In this document: positions 13,260-26,956 of the stretch, one piece after another
How the letters are laid out: every line of letters starts with the position of its first letter
How positions within the stretch are numbered: position 1 is the first letter of the stretch
Assembly (NCBI GenBank): GCA_013239625.1
Contig: MU053493.1
Span: 1,249,793-1,313,792, forward strand
Length of the DNA stretch: 64,000 nucleotides
Reading direction: 5' to 3'
From: Lama guanicoe
Taxonomy: Eukaryota
The notes under the pieces: model-generated
What the model was told of the DNA's origin: nothing
Databases searched by the model: none
Seen by the model: only the letters and a program-made list of their open reading frames with translations
Position numbers and translations under genes: made by a program

Positions 13260-14640
13260 GCCAGGCGTGCAGTATTGTGCTTGGATCTGCCGCTGTTTGC
13301 ACTTTCTGTAAATGGGTTGTGTGTAGTCTTCTGTGACTTGCTTCTTTCTCTTCCTGTGGTTTATATATCCAGCCGTGTTCATGCCTGGAGCCGTTGTGCA
13401 CTCATTTTCTCTGAAATTTGGATTCCACTCTGTGGCTGGGTCTGACTCATGTACCCGCTCTGCAGTGGAAGGGCATCTCGTGGGCTCTGTGTGAGTAGGA
13501 CCAGTGTGGCTGCTGGCTTGTGCCTGCTCCCTGGTGCACATGTGTGAGGACCAGAGGAAGTGGTTTGGTCACCGGAACACAGGTGCATTTCATCTTTACT
13601 GGGTCAGGACATGCGGTTTTTCCAAACAGTTGCGCCACATTTGACCTTTACCAGCAACAAAAGTTCCTAACCTATAATGAAAAAGATTATGAAAACGTAG
13701 ATATATATGTATGACTGAAACGTTATACTGTACACCAGACATTGACACATTGTAACTGACTATATTTCAATTTTAAAAAAGTTCCATTTTCTCCATACCT
13801 TGTCCTTGTATGGCATTGTTCATTTCAAATATTTTGCCAGCCTGGTAGGTATAATATAGTATCCCTTTGTGGTCTTATTTTTCATTTATTTTCATAAAAA
13901 TTTGATTGTGAGAATTTTTTCCATGTCTATCACTTTTTTGTTCTTCCATTTCTGAAAAATTTCTGCTTATGTCAATGGCCCATTTTGCCATAGGATTGTT
14001 TGTTTTTTCTTATTAAATCTTAGGAATGCTTTAAATAATCTGAGTACCATGTCTTAATCAGTGACATGTTTGGTAAATAGCTCCTCACAGTATGTGGTCT
14101 GTCCACTCAGTTTCTTAATAGTTTTAATACTTTTTACGTGAAGCGGTTTATAATTCATTTTAGTCATGTTCATCAATCACTTCCTTTATGGTGCTCATAG
14201 TTTTTCTGATTTAAGAAATTCTTCCTCAGTTCAGAGTCATAAAATATTTTCTATATTCTCATCTAGAATTTGTATAGTTTAGCCTTAACTTAGGAAGTTA
14301 TTTTTGGCATGGTGGGGGTCCAATTTCACTCTTTGGATTTGCATAAGCACTTGTCTTCCCATCGTATCGTGCAGTCTGTTCTTTTCCAACTGATCTGTAA
14401 AATCATCTGTCGTATATCAAATGTCCATATATATGTGATCCTTTTTTTAGGTTTTCTATTCTGGACCGCTTCTCTGTGTGTCTTTCCCTGTACCAGAGAC
14501 ACAGTGTCTTCTCCTGTCCTTGTTTGATGAGTCTGGTTATTCCTGGAGGGCCTGTCCTCCACTTTTGCTCTTTTTCTTCAGTGTGCCTTGGACTTTGTGC
14601 TTCCAAATAAATTTTGCAATTAATTTGTATTAACTTGTGT
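13260..14640 (-). mobile_element. Old L1M antisense fragments, with a short sense young L1 3' end at ~13668-13776
   Basis: Degenerate ORF2-like antisense ORFs (IQINCKIYLEAQSP...IYGHLIYDR). The short insert is flanked by aaaagttcc direct repeats. Confidence 0.7.
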
Positions 14641-14814
14641 GTGTCTTCAAACATACATCACCTTTTTTCCTGAAAGATAACTTGGCTGTCCATGAAGTCC
14701 CAGGTTCCAAGTTTTACCCCCTCTACCCCCATCTTAAAATATATTTCTCCTTGAATGCTGTGTGGCCAATGGAAAAATCTTTAATTTGATTTTCATTCTT
14801 TTGTGTTTGTTTAT

Positions 14815-16290
14815 TTTGAAAATAGTTTACTGTGGAAAATGTATATAACATGAAATGTACGATTTTAACCATTTATAGGTGTACATTCAGTCACATTGAG
14901 TACACACACATTGTTGTGCAACCATCACCACCATTCCTCTCTAGAACTTTTTTATCTTCTCCAATGGAAACTCTGTATCCATTAACTACTAACTCACAGT
15001 TCCCTACCTAATTCCATTCTCCTTTCTGCCTCTAGGAATTTGACTATTCTAGATACTTCATATAAATGGAATCATATAATATTTGTCTTTTTATTACTAG
15101 CTAATTTCACTCATTATAGTGTCCCTAAGTTTTATCCATTTTGTAATGTGTCAGAATTTCCTTCCTTTTTAAGACTATTTGAATAATATTTCATAGTATG
15201 GATACAACTTAGTTTGCTTATCCATTCATTTATTGATGGACATTTGAGTTACTTCCACTTTTTGGCTCTTGTGAATGATTCTGCTATCCACAAGGCTGTC
15301 CAAATATCTGTCCAAGTGCCTGCTTGAACAGATATACCCAGAAGTAGAATTGCTGGGTCATATAGTAATTCTCTGTTTAATTTTTTGAGGAACCACTATA
15401 TTGTTTTCTACAGAGGTTCTACCATTTTACATTCCTAGCAGCAATGAAAAAGGGTTCTAATTTCCCTACATCCTAACCAACACTTGAGATTTTCTGTTTT
15501 TTTGATGACAGCCATCCTAATGGCCGCAAAGCAGCATCTCATTGCGGCTTTAGTTTGCATTTCTCTAGTGATCACTGGTGTTGGGCATCCTGCCATGTGT
15601 TTATTAGCCATCTGTATATCTTCTCTGGAGAAATGGCTATTTAAGTCCTTTACTCACTTTTGAATTGGGTTGCTTGGGTTTTCGGTTTAGTTGTAGGAGT
15701 TCTTTATATATTCTATTTTATATATGCTCTATTCATTGCTTATCAGATATATGATTTTCAATATTCTATCCCATCCCATAGGTTGCCGTTTCACTCTGTT
15801 GATGGTGTCGTTTGATGTATGGAAGGTTTTGATTTTGATGAAGTCCAGTTTGTTTGTTGTTGTTGCCTGTGCTTTGGTGTTATACTGAAGAAACCTTTGC
15901 CAAATCCAAGGTCACGATAATGTTCCTCTATGTTTTCTTCTAAGAGTTTTGTACTTTCAGCCCTTACATATAGGTCTTTGATCCACTTCGAGGTAATTTT
16001 TATATACGGTGTAAGGTAAGGACCCACGTTCATTCTTTGTGTGTGGATATCCAGTTGAAAAGACTATCCTTTCCATGCTGAATGGTCTTGACACCCTTGT
16101 TCAAAATTACTGGACCGTATATGCAAGGGTTAACTTCTGGACTCTCTATTTTATGCCATTGGTCTTTCTGTACGTCTGTCCTTATGCCCATACCACACTG
16201 TTTTGATTACTGTAGCTTTGTAGTAAGTTTCAAAATCAGGAAGTGCGAGACCTCCGACTTTGTTCTTTATCAAGAATGTTTTGGCTACTG
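14815..16290 (-). mobile_element. L1MA/MB-type LINE 3' part, antisense
   Basis: Minus-strand ORF 15791-16033 (PYLTPYIKITSKWIKDL...KLLEENI) is L1 ORF2; L1 3'UTR motifs at 14830-15400. Confidence 0.9.
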
Positions 16291-17181
16291 ATTCTTATTC
16301 TTTGGCATTTAGTTTCTTCCCATTTCTATTTCAGAATTCAGTTAGGCTTACAAAGATGTCTAATTTATCCATGTGGGTGGGAGAGGTCAAAGGAGAAGCC
16401 AGCTCAGGGTCTGGAGCTCCAGGTTGTTCAGGACCTGTAGGGACAGGACAGGCCATTGCCAGGCTCTGGGCGCACCACCCAACAGGGGCACTCCATATAT
16501 GCAGGACGGATCCTCAGACTTCACCCAGCACCAGGTGTCAACATGTAGGAACACGGGATTTCTGTAGCCCGATGTGGTGTAGTCTGTGTAGGGTGCACCC
16601 AGAGCCTTCCCCTCCCCTGTGCTAGTGATGGCCCTCCTAGCTTACAAGCTTCCTGGGGTTCTGATGCCTGCAAGAAAACCCTGCATTACAGATAAGCAAG
16701 TGGATCTCAGGAGTCAAGATGCTGTTTGTAACACTTGACCCCACCCCACCGTGGAGCACAGTGCACTCACCTGGGCTAGGTTTTGGTCCACAGGAACCCT
16801 CCAGACTCAGGATGCTGCCATCCTGAGTGGTGACACTGTGACCCCACATTGGAGCTTGGGACACCCCACCAGGAAGGAAAAGTGGTTATTAGCCTGGCCT
16901 CTCGAATTCCCTGAGGAGCACATCACGATGCAGGCAAGGATTATGAACAGCTTCCTAACTTTGAGATTCCCTGTGGGCTGCACCACCTGAGATTCTCATG
17001 GAATGTCAGAAGGTAGGGCTCTGTTTGTGAGCCCCTCTCCTGAGACATCAGCATAGTGCATGAACTTCTCATGGCTCTGACCCCACACTCACTTCTCTGA
17101 GTCCATACCCAGAAAGGAGAATTTTTCATTTATCCTGACCTACCTCTGAATGCCTGCCTTTATTTAAAAGTGAAAGGGTGA

Positions 17182-17419
17182 CCTACACTGTTGGTGAGAA
17201 AGTAAATTGGTGCAGCCACTGGGGAGGACAGTATGAAGGTTCCTTAAAAACTGAAACATAGGCTTACCATATGATCCAGCCATCCCACTCTTGAGCGTAT
17301 ATCCAGAGGAGCTTTAATTTAAAAAGACACATGCACCCCAGTGCTCATAGAAGCACTATTTACAATAGCAAGGCACAGAAACTACCTAAATGCCATCGAC
17401 AGATGACTGGATAAAGAAG

Positions 17420-17467
<48 letters not shown>

Positions 17468-17945
17468 TGGAATACTATTTAGCCATAAAAAAGAATTAAA
17501 TAATGCTATTTGCAGCTACGTGGATGGGCCTAGAGATTATCATATTAAGTGAAGAAAGTCAGATAGAGAAAGACAGATGCCATATGATATCACTTATACG
17601 TGGAATCGGAAAAAAAAAGTACAAATTCTATTTACAAACCAAAAACAGACTCACACACATAGAAAACAAACCATGGTTACCAAAGAAGAAAATGTGGGAA
17701 GGGTAAATTAGTGATTGAGGACTAACAGACACACACTACTATATATAAAATAGATAAACAGCAAAGACCTACTGTGTAGCACAGGGAACTGTATTCAATT
17801 CCTTATGATAACATATAAAGGAAAATAATCTGAAAAGAAAATATATATGTACATATATATATAACTGAATCACTTTGCTGTATACCTGAAACTAACACTG
17901 TAGATCAACTACACTCCAATAATAAATAAAACTGAAAAAAAATTA
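17182..17945 (+). mobile_element. Young L1 3' end containing a (TG)n microsatellite (~17422-17466)
   Basis: ORF2 terminal FAATWMGLEIIILSE motif, 3'UTR and A tail. Confidence 0.92.
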
Positions 17946-18662
17946 AAGGATGGGATGGTGTGTGAAGGAGGGAGATTTGGGGGCCTGGGATTTACTCTGA
18001 AGACCGTTTCAAGTTCATATCAAATATTTAAATCATTTTAACATTTGAAATGTGTACATTTTAAAACAAAAAATAAATCTTAAAACTTAAATTTGAAATT
18101 CTCAATTTTAGTGAAATGTGAATATTCTCTCTTATTCTTGTCTTTTCCAGAGTTCTCCGGGGCTGTGGTCTCACGCCATCTACTGGGGCAACCATGGGCC
18201 ATTTCCAGCAGGGACGGTGCAGCGTTGCCCTGGGTGCCTGACTACCACCACCTCCAGAGAATCGCAGTGTCTAAAAGGTAAGTCCCATGTTCGTGGGTTC
18301 CCTAATGACCGTACCAGAGGGGCAGGTGCAGTCAACATCTCCAGCAACAGCGCTCGGAGTGGTCCTGGGAACAGAGTACCTGAGAATCAGGCTTAAAGCC
18401 AAGGAGGAATAGACTGTTAATTTATCCACTAATGCCCATGGAGAGCATCCACAATGTCCCTTGCAGAACACCCCCCACCGCCCTGGGCGTGGATGCTGAT
18501 GGCCAACTGGTAAGCAGTTACTGTAGGTTCCAAGGAAGACAGCAGGCTAGATGTGGGCATTTGGCTAAACCCCAGGTGCCGGTTCCTGTGACAAGAAGCA
18601 AAGCCTCCAGCCTCTGTTTATCAGGAGAGTAACAGGCTCTTATTTTCTGACTTGTCCCGCAG

Positions 18663-18755
18663 GTGACAGTGACTAGGAAGAGGCTCTCCTGGCCGAGGCC
18701 CCGGTGCACGGAGAGGAGGAACCAGAAATCTCCTAATTGGTACCACATACATCAG
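18663..18755 (+). other. OTUD7A: Probable non-coding 5'UTR exon of OTUD7A (93 nt)
   Basis: Acceptor tattttctgacttgtcccgcag, donor CAG|gtcagt, no ATG, 1.58 kb upstream of the start exon. Fits my recollection of a short UTR exon before the ATG exon in human OTUD7A (not verified). Confidence 0.65.
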
Positions 18756-20065
18756 GTCAGTTAAGTTTCTTATTTTCCAGACTCACCAACCAAAAAATTA
18801 CACCCAGTCGGAACCATCTGCAAGCTGGCGTTGCATCCATGCATGTCTCCAGGTTCACAGACCTCATTGCCTCACTCCTCTGTCCTTGTGGTCTGGACCT
18901 TAGATGAGCTTATCTCCCCAAGTCTCATAGGGGTTCGGGGAGGGTACACAGCATGTCACAGCTCATCACAGTGGCAGCACTGGGGCTGGGATTAGACCAG
19001 ATTTCTGGCTCTGAAGCAGCAGCAGTCAGCACACACCCAGCCCTGTGTGCAAAGGGAGCCCCTCCAAGTGCTTGTCTTGAAGAAAGGAACGGGAGACATG
19101 CATCAGTAGCATGGGATTTTAACTCACCCCACAACATGTAAAATTAATTCCACACATGCTAGTATAAAAGTTTCCATCATTCTCTACTTAGCTCACTTTC
19201 TGTAAAGGTCCAGACAGTAAATATGATCTCCATTTTAACTGCTCAGCTCAGCTCAGCTGCTTGGGAAAGTGACCACCCACCAGACAACCGTGATGGATGT
19301 GGCTGGGTTCCAGGACAGCGTCATTCACAACGTCAGTTGGTGGACCCACACGTGGCCCACGGGCCATCTTCTGGGAGCCCCAAATGATGGAGGCAGATGG
19401 ATGCACTTGTGTTTCATCAGGCATGACCAGGTTACCACCAGTGGCCCAGCGCTGGTTCACTGGTGGGAGTCACCCTCACGTGCCACGTGCTGGGTGCTTC
19501 TCCCCAGCAACTGGCTGGCACAGCCCACCTGGGCTTAGGCTGTAAGATGCCCTTTTATCCCTCTAGCTGGGATTATTCTGCCTCGGAAATCAGAAGTCTT
19601 TATGGATTTTGTTGGACTGTTGTTGGGAGTATGACAGCTCTTGGGAAGACGGCATTGTCTTCAGCAAGTATAGTTGCTCAGCCAACTCTGGATGGACGTG
19701 GAGTCTTTCCGAAGAGCCCAGCGAGGGGTGAGGGCTGAGGTGGGCGGCATATGCCTCCCTGATAAAGGCATAGGTGGGATGAGCGACAACACAGTTACAC
19801 TGTAGGAGTGTTACACGTCCGTATCACTTGGAAGAGGATTCAAAATCTTGCAACTCGGGTTCGAAATCTTGCAACTCCAGGTTAACCTCGCTAAGATTAA
19901 TTAGGATCAGGCATTTGATTTTTAACAACCTAGTCTGTCTTCTCTTCAATCTGTTGCCACTGGAATTGACAGAAAGCGGCATCAGAGTCTTTTGTTACTG
20001 TTTTTAAAGTATTTTTTCCTTACAATTTGATTTAGGTATAATTGACATGCAGCACTGTATACTTC

Positions 20066-20183
20066 TTTTGGAGGGGGGTGAAATTAGGTTTTATTTATAT
20101 TTTAATGGAGGTACTGGGGATTGAACCCAGGGCCTTGTGCTTGCGAGGCCCATGCCCTACCACTGAGCTACACCCTCCCTACC
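20066..20183 (-). mobile_element. tRNA-derived SINE (vic-1-like)
   Basis: atggaggtactggggattgaacccagg...accactgagctacaccctcc. Confidence 0.9.
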
Positions 20184-20214
20184 CCAGACTTTTATTACCT
20201 GATGTCTCACGTGA

Positions 20215-20532
<318 letters not shown>

Positions 20533-20664
20533 TAACTGCCCTTCAACCCAGAGGTCTTGGAGATTTCTGTTACCTGGTACTTGGATTCCTTAAAAAGTAA
20601 AAGAAGGTGTTGGTGAAGAAATGACATTTGTTACTCTTTTTTTATATAAGTTTAATTATGACCT

Positions 20665-20760
20665 GTTTTTTCTTTAATGGAGGCACTGGGGATTGAACCC
20701 AGAACCTCATGCATGTCATGCTAGGCATGTGCTCTCTCACTGAGCTATACCCACTTCCCA
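20665..20760 (-). mobile_element. tRNA-derived SINE (vic-1-like)
   Basis: atggaggcactggggattgaacccagaacctcatgcatg...cactgagctatacccac. Confidence 0.9.
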
Positions 20761-20887
20761 CTTGTGTTACTCTAGATTTTATTTGGGGAATGGAATGGAC
20801 CACTCAACTCTCCATAGTAAAAGAGCAGAAGGCATTAGCTAGGCTTTGCTTTGCATTAAAGCTTATAGATGTTGAGTCAAAAATCTA

Positions 20888-21002
20888 GGGGTCGGGGGTA
20901 TAGCTCAGTGGGAGAGCATGTGCTTAGATGCACAGGGTCCTAGGTTCAATCCCCAGTACTTCCATTAAAAGATAATAATAAAATAAATTTAAAATAAGAT
21001 AA
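20888..21002 (+). mobile_element. tRNA-derived SINE (vic-1-like)
   Basis: gggggtatagctcagtgggagagc...ggttcaatccccagtac. TSD caaaaatcta on both sides. Confidence 0.92.
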
Positions 21003-21864
21003 CAAAAATCTATCACTGGTTATTTTTTTAAAGAAACCGTATTCAGTAAATCAGACATGATAGAACATTCAAGAAAAACACTTTTATTGGAGACCTTACC
21101 TTCTTATCTTTGTCTTAGCTGAGACAAAATACTTTAGGCCAAAATTTTTGATGAAAAGAAAAAAGGCACCTAATACCCAATAAAATAGTCGAGAATAATT
21201 CACAAGTAAGAAGGCAATTCACCCTCAAGCCTTTAATGTAGATACCATTCACTCGGTGACAGTGTGCACAGTCCAGAGTTAGAACGTTTTCAGGTAGTTC
21301 TTCAGCTATCATCATCATGAAATAAAATCAATGTTTCGTTTCGGTCTCTAGAATGGATTTACTTTGTGTACTTTTGAAATTGCTTTTTTTATAGTGGGGT
21401 GAAGAGAAGAGGTGGGAAGAATCAATTTCAGCTTCTCAGGACAGTCTTGTGTGTGAAAGGAGAGAATTTTTAAATGATTACTCTTTGCTTCAAACGTATA
21501 AACTCCTCCTTGTGAAATTAGCAAATACTCAGTCCAGTAGTGTAAGTCCGAATGAGTCCTTAATTCACTGAGGGTGGAAAATAAGAACTACTGTACATTT
21601 GCATGAATGGAGGTAACTACTTAGTCCTGTTGAAAATTAAGAACCGCCTGCTGGATGATTCTGATAAAACAGCAATACCATAGCATAGTTTTTCAATTTC
21701 CCTGAACCTCCCAGAATTTCTAACAAACTCAGGGCTTAGAATAAACTATGCCTAGAGAATGTTTGTGATGTATGTGAATTAAAGTGTGATTCTCACTTCT
21801 TGGTAGTCACATTATATAATATCTCCCTGAGAGTTTTCACTGCTTTTCTGAATTTCAGTGAGCG

Positions 21865-22105
21865 GTAGTATGGGGAAGTAGATTATTAATGAGGTTGGCA
21901 GTGAGGGCTGGGTCAAGTCCAGACTCAATATTTGCTGCCTATTAGATGTAGGGCAAATGATCTTATTTCCCTTAGCCTCAGTTTTTTTTTCCTATACATT
22001 GACCCTAACCCACCTTCTAGAGTGATGATGGACATTAAAGTTGTGACGTAAATGTTGTGATGTGGGTGGCGTGACCAGCATATAGCTAATGCTCAAACAA
22101 TAGTG
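21865..22105 (+). mobile_element. MIR SINE
   Basis: Core gggcaaatgatcttatttcccttagcctcagtttt and 3' agcatatagctaatgctcaa. Confidence 0.65.
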
Positions 22106-22739
22106 GGAGAAGATCTTGTTAGTTGTTGCCTTCTTTGCAACTAGTTACTAACTTTGCCGTTGCTATCTGGTTAACCTTCAGTAAGAAACAAGAGTTGTCA
22201 GCTCTTTTCTTTTTTAATTTTATTTTTGCAGGTAAAACACAGGGATGCCTTTGCACATCATTTCTTTGGGACTTCAGTCTTCCCAGAACTTTTCTCAGTT
22301 TTAGCTCCGCCTCCTGCCCCGTTTCCAATATTAAGGATTGGGGGTGGGGCTGTCAATCAAAGAACAGAATTTTCAGAACTCGGAAGGGCAGCCTTCTTGT
22401 TTCCAGGACACTGTCCAGAGGAGTTAAACCAATTTAGACATTTCTTCCTCTAACGTCCTCTTGCCCTGATGGTGTGAGGAAGTGAGAGTTCAGGAGCAAG
22501 CAGGATGCTTTATCCATCTCCATGACCTTATTCACTGATTCGTCTACAATGGGTGATTCCTCTGAACATCACCACAGCTTTCCAATTCTCCTGCGTGTGC
22601 AATGGTCATTTAGGGGAGATAGTCTGAGCTACAGCGAAGGGTGGAATTGAGATGTATATTAAATACATGGAAACGAAAACCAATTTGCCTCAATTACCTG
22701 GTATTTTAAAATAAATTTTTTTAAATGGGGGGGAAGTTG

Positions 22740-25700
22740 AGTCAAAAGTTATCAATAGTTTTTTCTAAAGAAAATTTCTGTGGGCAGTTCTGAGAATTTG
22801 AACACCCTGTAGATCTGTGTGAGTACCGCCCCTCTTAGAACCATCGCATCACCCCGGTACTCCCTCCTGTTCTCTCTCTCTCTTTTTTTTTTTCTTTTTG
22901 ACTTGCAGTATTGTCAGGTACAATGTGTCAGTTTCTTGTGTACAGCATCATGTCCCAGTTACGCATATACATACTCATATTCATTTTCATATTCCCTGCT
23001 GGTCTCTTTTACTGCCACGGCTTCCCCAACCCTGTCCACTGGCAACTGTTGCTCCGTTTTTTATCGCTTTGATTTTGTCTCTTTCAAGAATGTCATATAC
23101 ATACAGTCACATGGAACCTAATCTTTTTAAGCTGGCGTCTTTTCACTCGGCATAATCATTTCGAGATTCATCTGAACTGTTGTGTTTGAGTCAAGAGTTT
23201 GTTCCTTCATACCGCTGAGTGGTACCCCTGGTGAGGATGGACCACACCTTGTGTAGCCATTCACCTGCAGGGGGCACTGTTGTTTCCAGTTTTTGCAATT
23301 ACAGCTAGAGCTGTGACCCACTTGAGAACACAGGTGTTCGTGAACATAGCAGCTTTCATTTTTCCAGGGTAAACACAGGGGTGGGATGGCTGGTTCATAT
23401 CGAAAGTGTATGCTTAACTTTATCAGAAATTGTCTCTGTTTTCCGGACTGCAGTACCATTTTGCATTTCCATCTGAAATGTGTGAGGGGTCTAGCTGTTC
23501 CCCATTCTCACCAACACTTGGCTTTTTTATTTTATTCTTTTTAAGATTAGCCATTCTAGTAGGTTTGGAATGGTATTGCCTCATCGTCTTCGTGTTCATT
23601 TACCTAATGTCCGATGCCATTGAATTTTTTTTCACGTTATTATTTTCCGTCTGTAGATTTTCCCTGGTGAAATATCTGTTTCAGCCTTTTGCTTTTTGAT
23701 CAGCAAAATTAGGTTGCTGGAGGTTCTTTATAGCTGAATTTTGAGAGTTCATTGTATATTCTGAGTATAAATCCTTTGTCAGATATGTGATTTGCAAATA
23801 TTTTCTTCCAGTCTGTGCTTGACTTCTCATGCTCTTAAGAGTGCCCTTTGCAGAGCAGAAGTGTTTGTTTGCTTGTTATCTTTATTTTGAAGAATAGTTG
23901 ATTTACAGTGTTGTGTTAGTTACTGATGTACAGCATAGTGATTCAGTTATAGATAGAGGTTTATATACTTTTTCATATTCTTTTTCATTGTAGGTTATTA
24001 CAAGCTATTGAATATAGTTCCCTGTGCTGTACAGTAGGACCTTGTTGTTTATCTGTCCTGTGCATAGTAGTTTGAATCTGCTAATCCCAAGAAGGTTTTA
24101 ATTTTGATGAAGTCCGGTGTCATTTTTTTTCTTTTCTGGGTCATGCTTTCAGTGACACGTCTAAGAACCTTTGCATAACCAGGTCATGAAGATTTTCTCC
24201 TATGTAAACTCTTAAAAGTTTTATACTTTCATGTTTTCATTTAGATCACTGACTCTTTTTGAGTTGATTTTTATATAACAGGTGAGATTTAGGGCAAGGT
24301 TCATTTTTATGCATATAGATGTCCAGTTGTTCAAACCATTTTTGGAGATTATCTTCCCCCCATTGAATTGCCTTTGCAAATTCATCCCAAATTGACTGAG
24401 CATATCTGTGGGAAACTATGGATGCTGGTTCTGTTCCATGGATCAGTGTCCCTTCCTTTGCCAATACTACACTGTCTTGATCACTGTAGCTTTGTAGTGA
24501 GTCTTAAAATCAGCATTGGATGCTTCCAACTTTATTCTTCTTTCTCAAAATTGTTTAAAGTATTCTTTTTTTTTTTTTGCTTTTCCATTTAAACTTAAGG
24601 ATTGCCTTACTTCTACCTTTAAAATTTCCTGCTGGAATTTTTATTGGAATTATGTTAAATCTGTAATTCTGTGCTAACTCTGTTATATCTTCCAGTCCAT
24701 GAAGTCAGTATAGCCGTATTTCCCATTTATTTAGAGCATTTCATGAAGGTTTTGTAGTTTGTAGCATATCAGATCCTACACATATTTTGTTAGATTTATT
24801 TCTGGGGAGGGGTTGAACTGCTGTAAACGGTATTTTTTAAGTTCAGTTTCTAATTGTCCGTTACTAGTATATAACAACATAATTGATTTTCATACATTGT
24901 CCTTATATCCTGCAGTCTTACTAAACTTAATTATTTGTTCAAGAGAGTGTGTGTGTGAATGTACGTGTGCACCTGAGTACATGCGCGTGTGTGTCTGTGT
25001 GTGTGTTCCTTGAAATTTTCTGCATAGACGATTGTTTCCTTTGCATTGTATGCCTTTTATTTCTTTTTCTTGCCTTACTCCACACTTATTCTTACTTATT
25101 GCACTGACGAGGACTTCTTGGAAAAGGTTGAATAAGAGCGGGAAAAGGGAGCATCCTTGCCTTGTTCTTGCCCTTAGGGGGAAGCGTCCAGTCTTTCACT
25201 GTGATGTGGAACTGAGTATGCTAATGCTCCTTGTCAGGTGCAGGAAAGACCCTTCTACTCCGAGTTTGCCGACAGTTTTATCATTGCTAGGTTTTTTTTT
25301 TTTCAAATACATCTTCTACCTCAATGGATATGATTGTTTCTCTACCTTAACCTGCTCGTAGAATGTATTGCATTGACTGCCTTCTAGTAGCAAACCAGCC
25401 TTTTGGCCATTATTTCTTTAAAGATGTTGCTGCTGCATACTTTTCTTCTCTCTTTAATGGGACTTGGAGGATGTAAGGTTAGACCTTTGGTTATTGTTCC
25501 ACAGGTCCCTACAGCCCTACTCATTTTCTTTTCCGATCTTTTCTCTGTCAGTTATTCAGATTGGATAAGTTCTGTTGATCTACTTATAAATTTACTGGCT
25601 CCTCTGTCATCTGCAGTCTGTAACTGAGCCCATCCAGTTGAATTTTTTCACTTCCAACATTTCCACTTGATTCTTCTTTATATCTTCCATCTCTTTGCTG

Positions 25701-26460
25701 AGACTTTCTATATTTTTCAAGAGTGTTCTCTCTTACTTGTTGGAAAATGTTTATACTAACTGCTTTAAAGTCTTGGTCAGATAATTCCAGTATCTACTTC
25801 ATCCCCGTGTTACTGTTGAGAGATTTCCCTCGTCTTGTGCATGGTGAGTAAATTTGGATTGTATCCTAGACATTTTGAGTATTATGTTTTGAGACTTCGT
25901 CTTTTAAATCTTATGGCAAATATTGTTATCTTTGTTTCAGAAAGTAAGTAAGCCAGTCGGGCTCAGACCACACTTTCTAAGCTCCCCAGTGCTTCTGTGA
26001 ATGGCGGTTTCAGCGTCGCATCTTTGAGAAGCGGTTTGGATCCGCCTCGTGTGTGGGCCACCTAGTGGCCAGTCTGGGGCTTAGCCGTAGCCTGTCCCGT
26101 GTTTTACTACTGCAGGTCTCTGCAATCTCTTTAGGGCCAGATTCACACATGTGCAGCTCAGGGGAAGCCCAAGAGTTGGTCAACAACTTGAAGGGGTAGC
26201 TTTCCCAGGTCTCCTCAGTAGTTCTGAGTCTCTGGGGCTCCCCTCTCCAGGCGTCCAGCCGGCACCCTGGGGCGTTGTTTGCGCTGCACTCCTGCGCACG
26301 TGGTCTGACTGCGCGCATCTCAGAGCTGAGCAGCCCCAGGCCAGAGAGGGAACCACCGCGGTGGGGTTCACCCCGCGCACTGGACCCGCAGCTCCTCTGA
26401 TTGGAGGGGAAGGTTCCCCCGCCATCCAGTTCTGATTTCTCACAGGCTGGTCTGGGGTCC
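22740..26460 (-). mobile_element. Old L1M antisense block, with young L1 3'UTR inserts (~22885-22995, ~23875-24090)
   Basis: L1 3'UTR/ORF2 antisense motifs (YEPAIPPL; ggttgaataagagcgggaaaagggagcatccttgccttgttc). Confidence 0.8.
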
Positions 26461-26466
26461 GAGAGA

Positions 26467-26956
26467 ACTGAGAAAAAAATTTTTTCTTTTTCTTTTTATT
26501 ATTATTTTTTAAACCTGGAAGGGTCAGGAATATACTATTTTTTAAATTTTTTAATTAATTAACTAATTTATTTATTTTATTGAAGTATAGTCAGCTTACA
26601 ATGAACTTATTTACAAAACAGAAACAGACTTACAGACTGAAAATTTTTTTTCAATTTATTTTATTTTTTATTATTATTTTTTAAATCTGGAAGGGTCAGT
26701 AATATACTTATTTTTAAATTAATTAATTATTTTATTGATGTATGGTCAGTTTACAATAAATTTATTTACAAAATAGAAACAGACTCACACACTAAGAAAT
26801 ATATTTTGTTATTATTTTTTAAACCTGGAAGGATCAATAATATATCTTCCTTAATTATTTATTCATCTATTTATTTATTTATTTTTATTGAAGTATAGTC
26901 AGTTTACAGTGAACTTATTTACAAAACAGAAACAGGCAGACTGAGAAAAAAATTTT
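26467..26956. repeat. Three diverged tandem units (~169, 155, 149 bp) built from L1 3'UTR pieces
   Basis: Each unit has aaacctggaagggtca, then ttttattgaagtatagtcag(c/t)ttaca, then aacttatttacaaaacagaaacag. Units start at 26467, 26636 and 26791. Confidence 0.9.

Noticed and set aside
26467..26956. CRISPR-like repeat-spacer look
   Set aside because: Whole units are homologous and L1-derived, with no unique spacers or cas genes, in a mammalian context.
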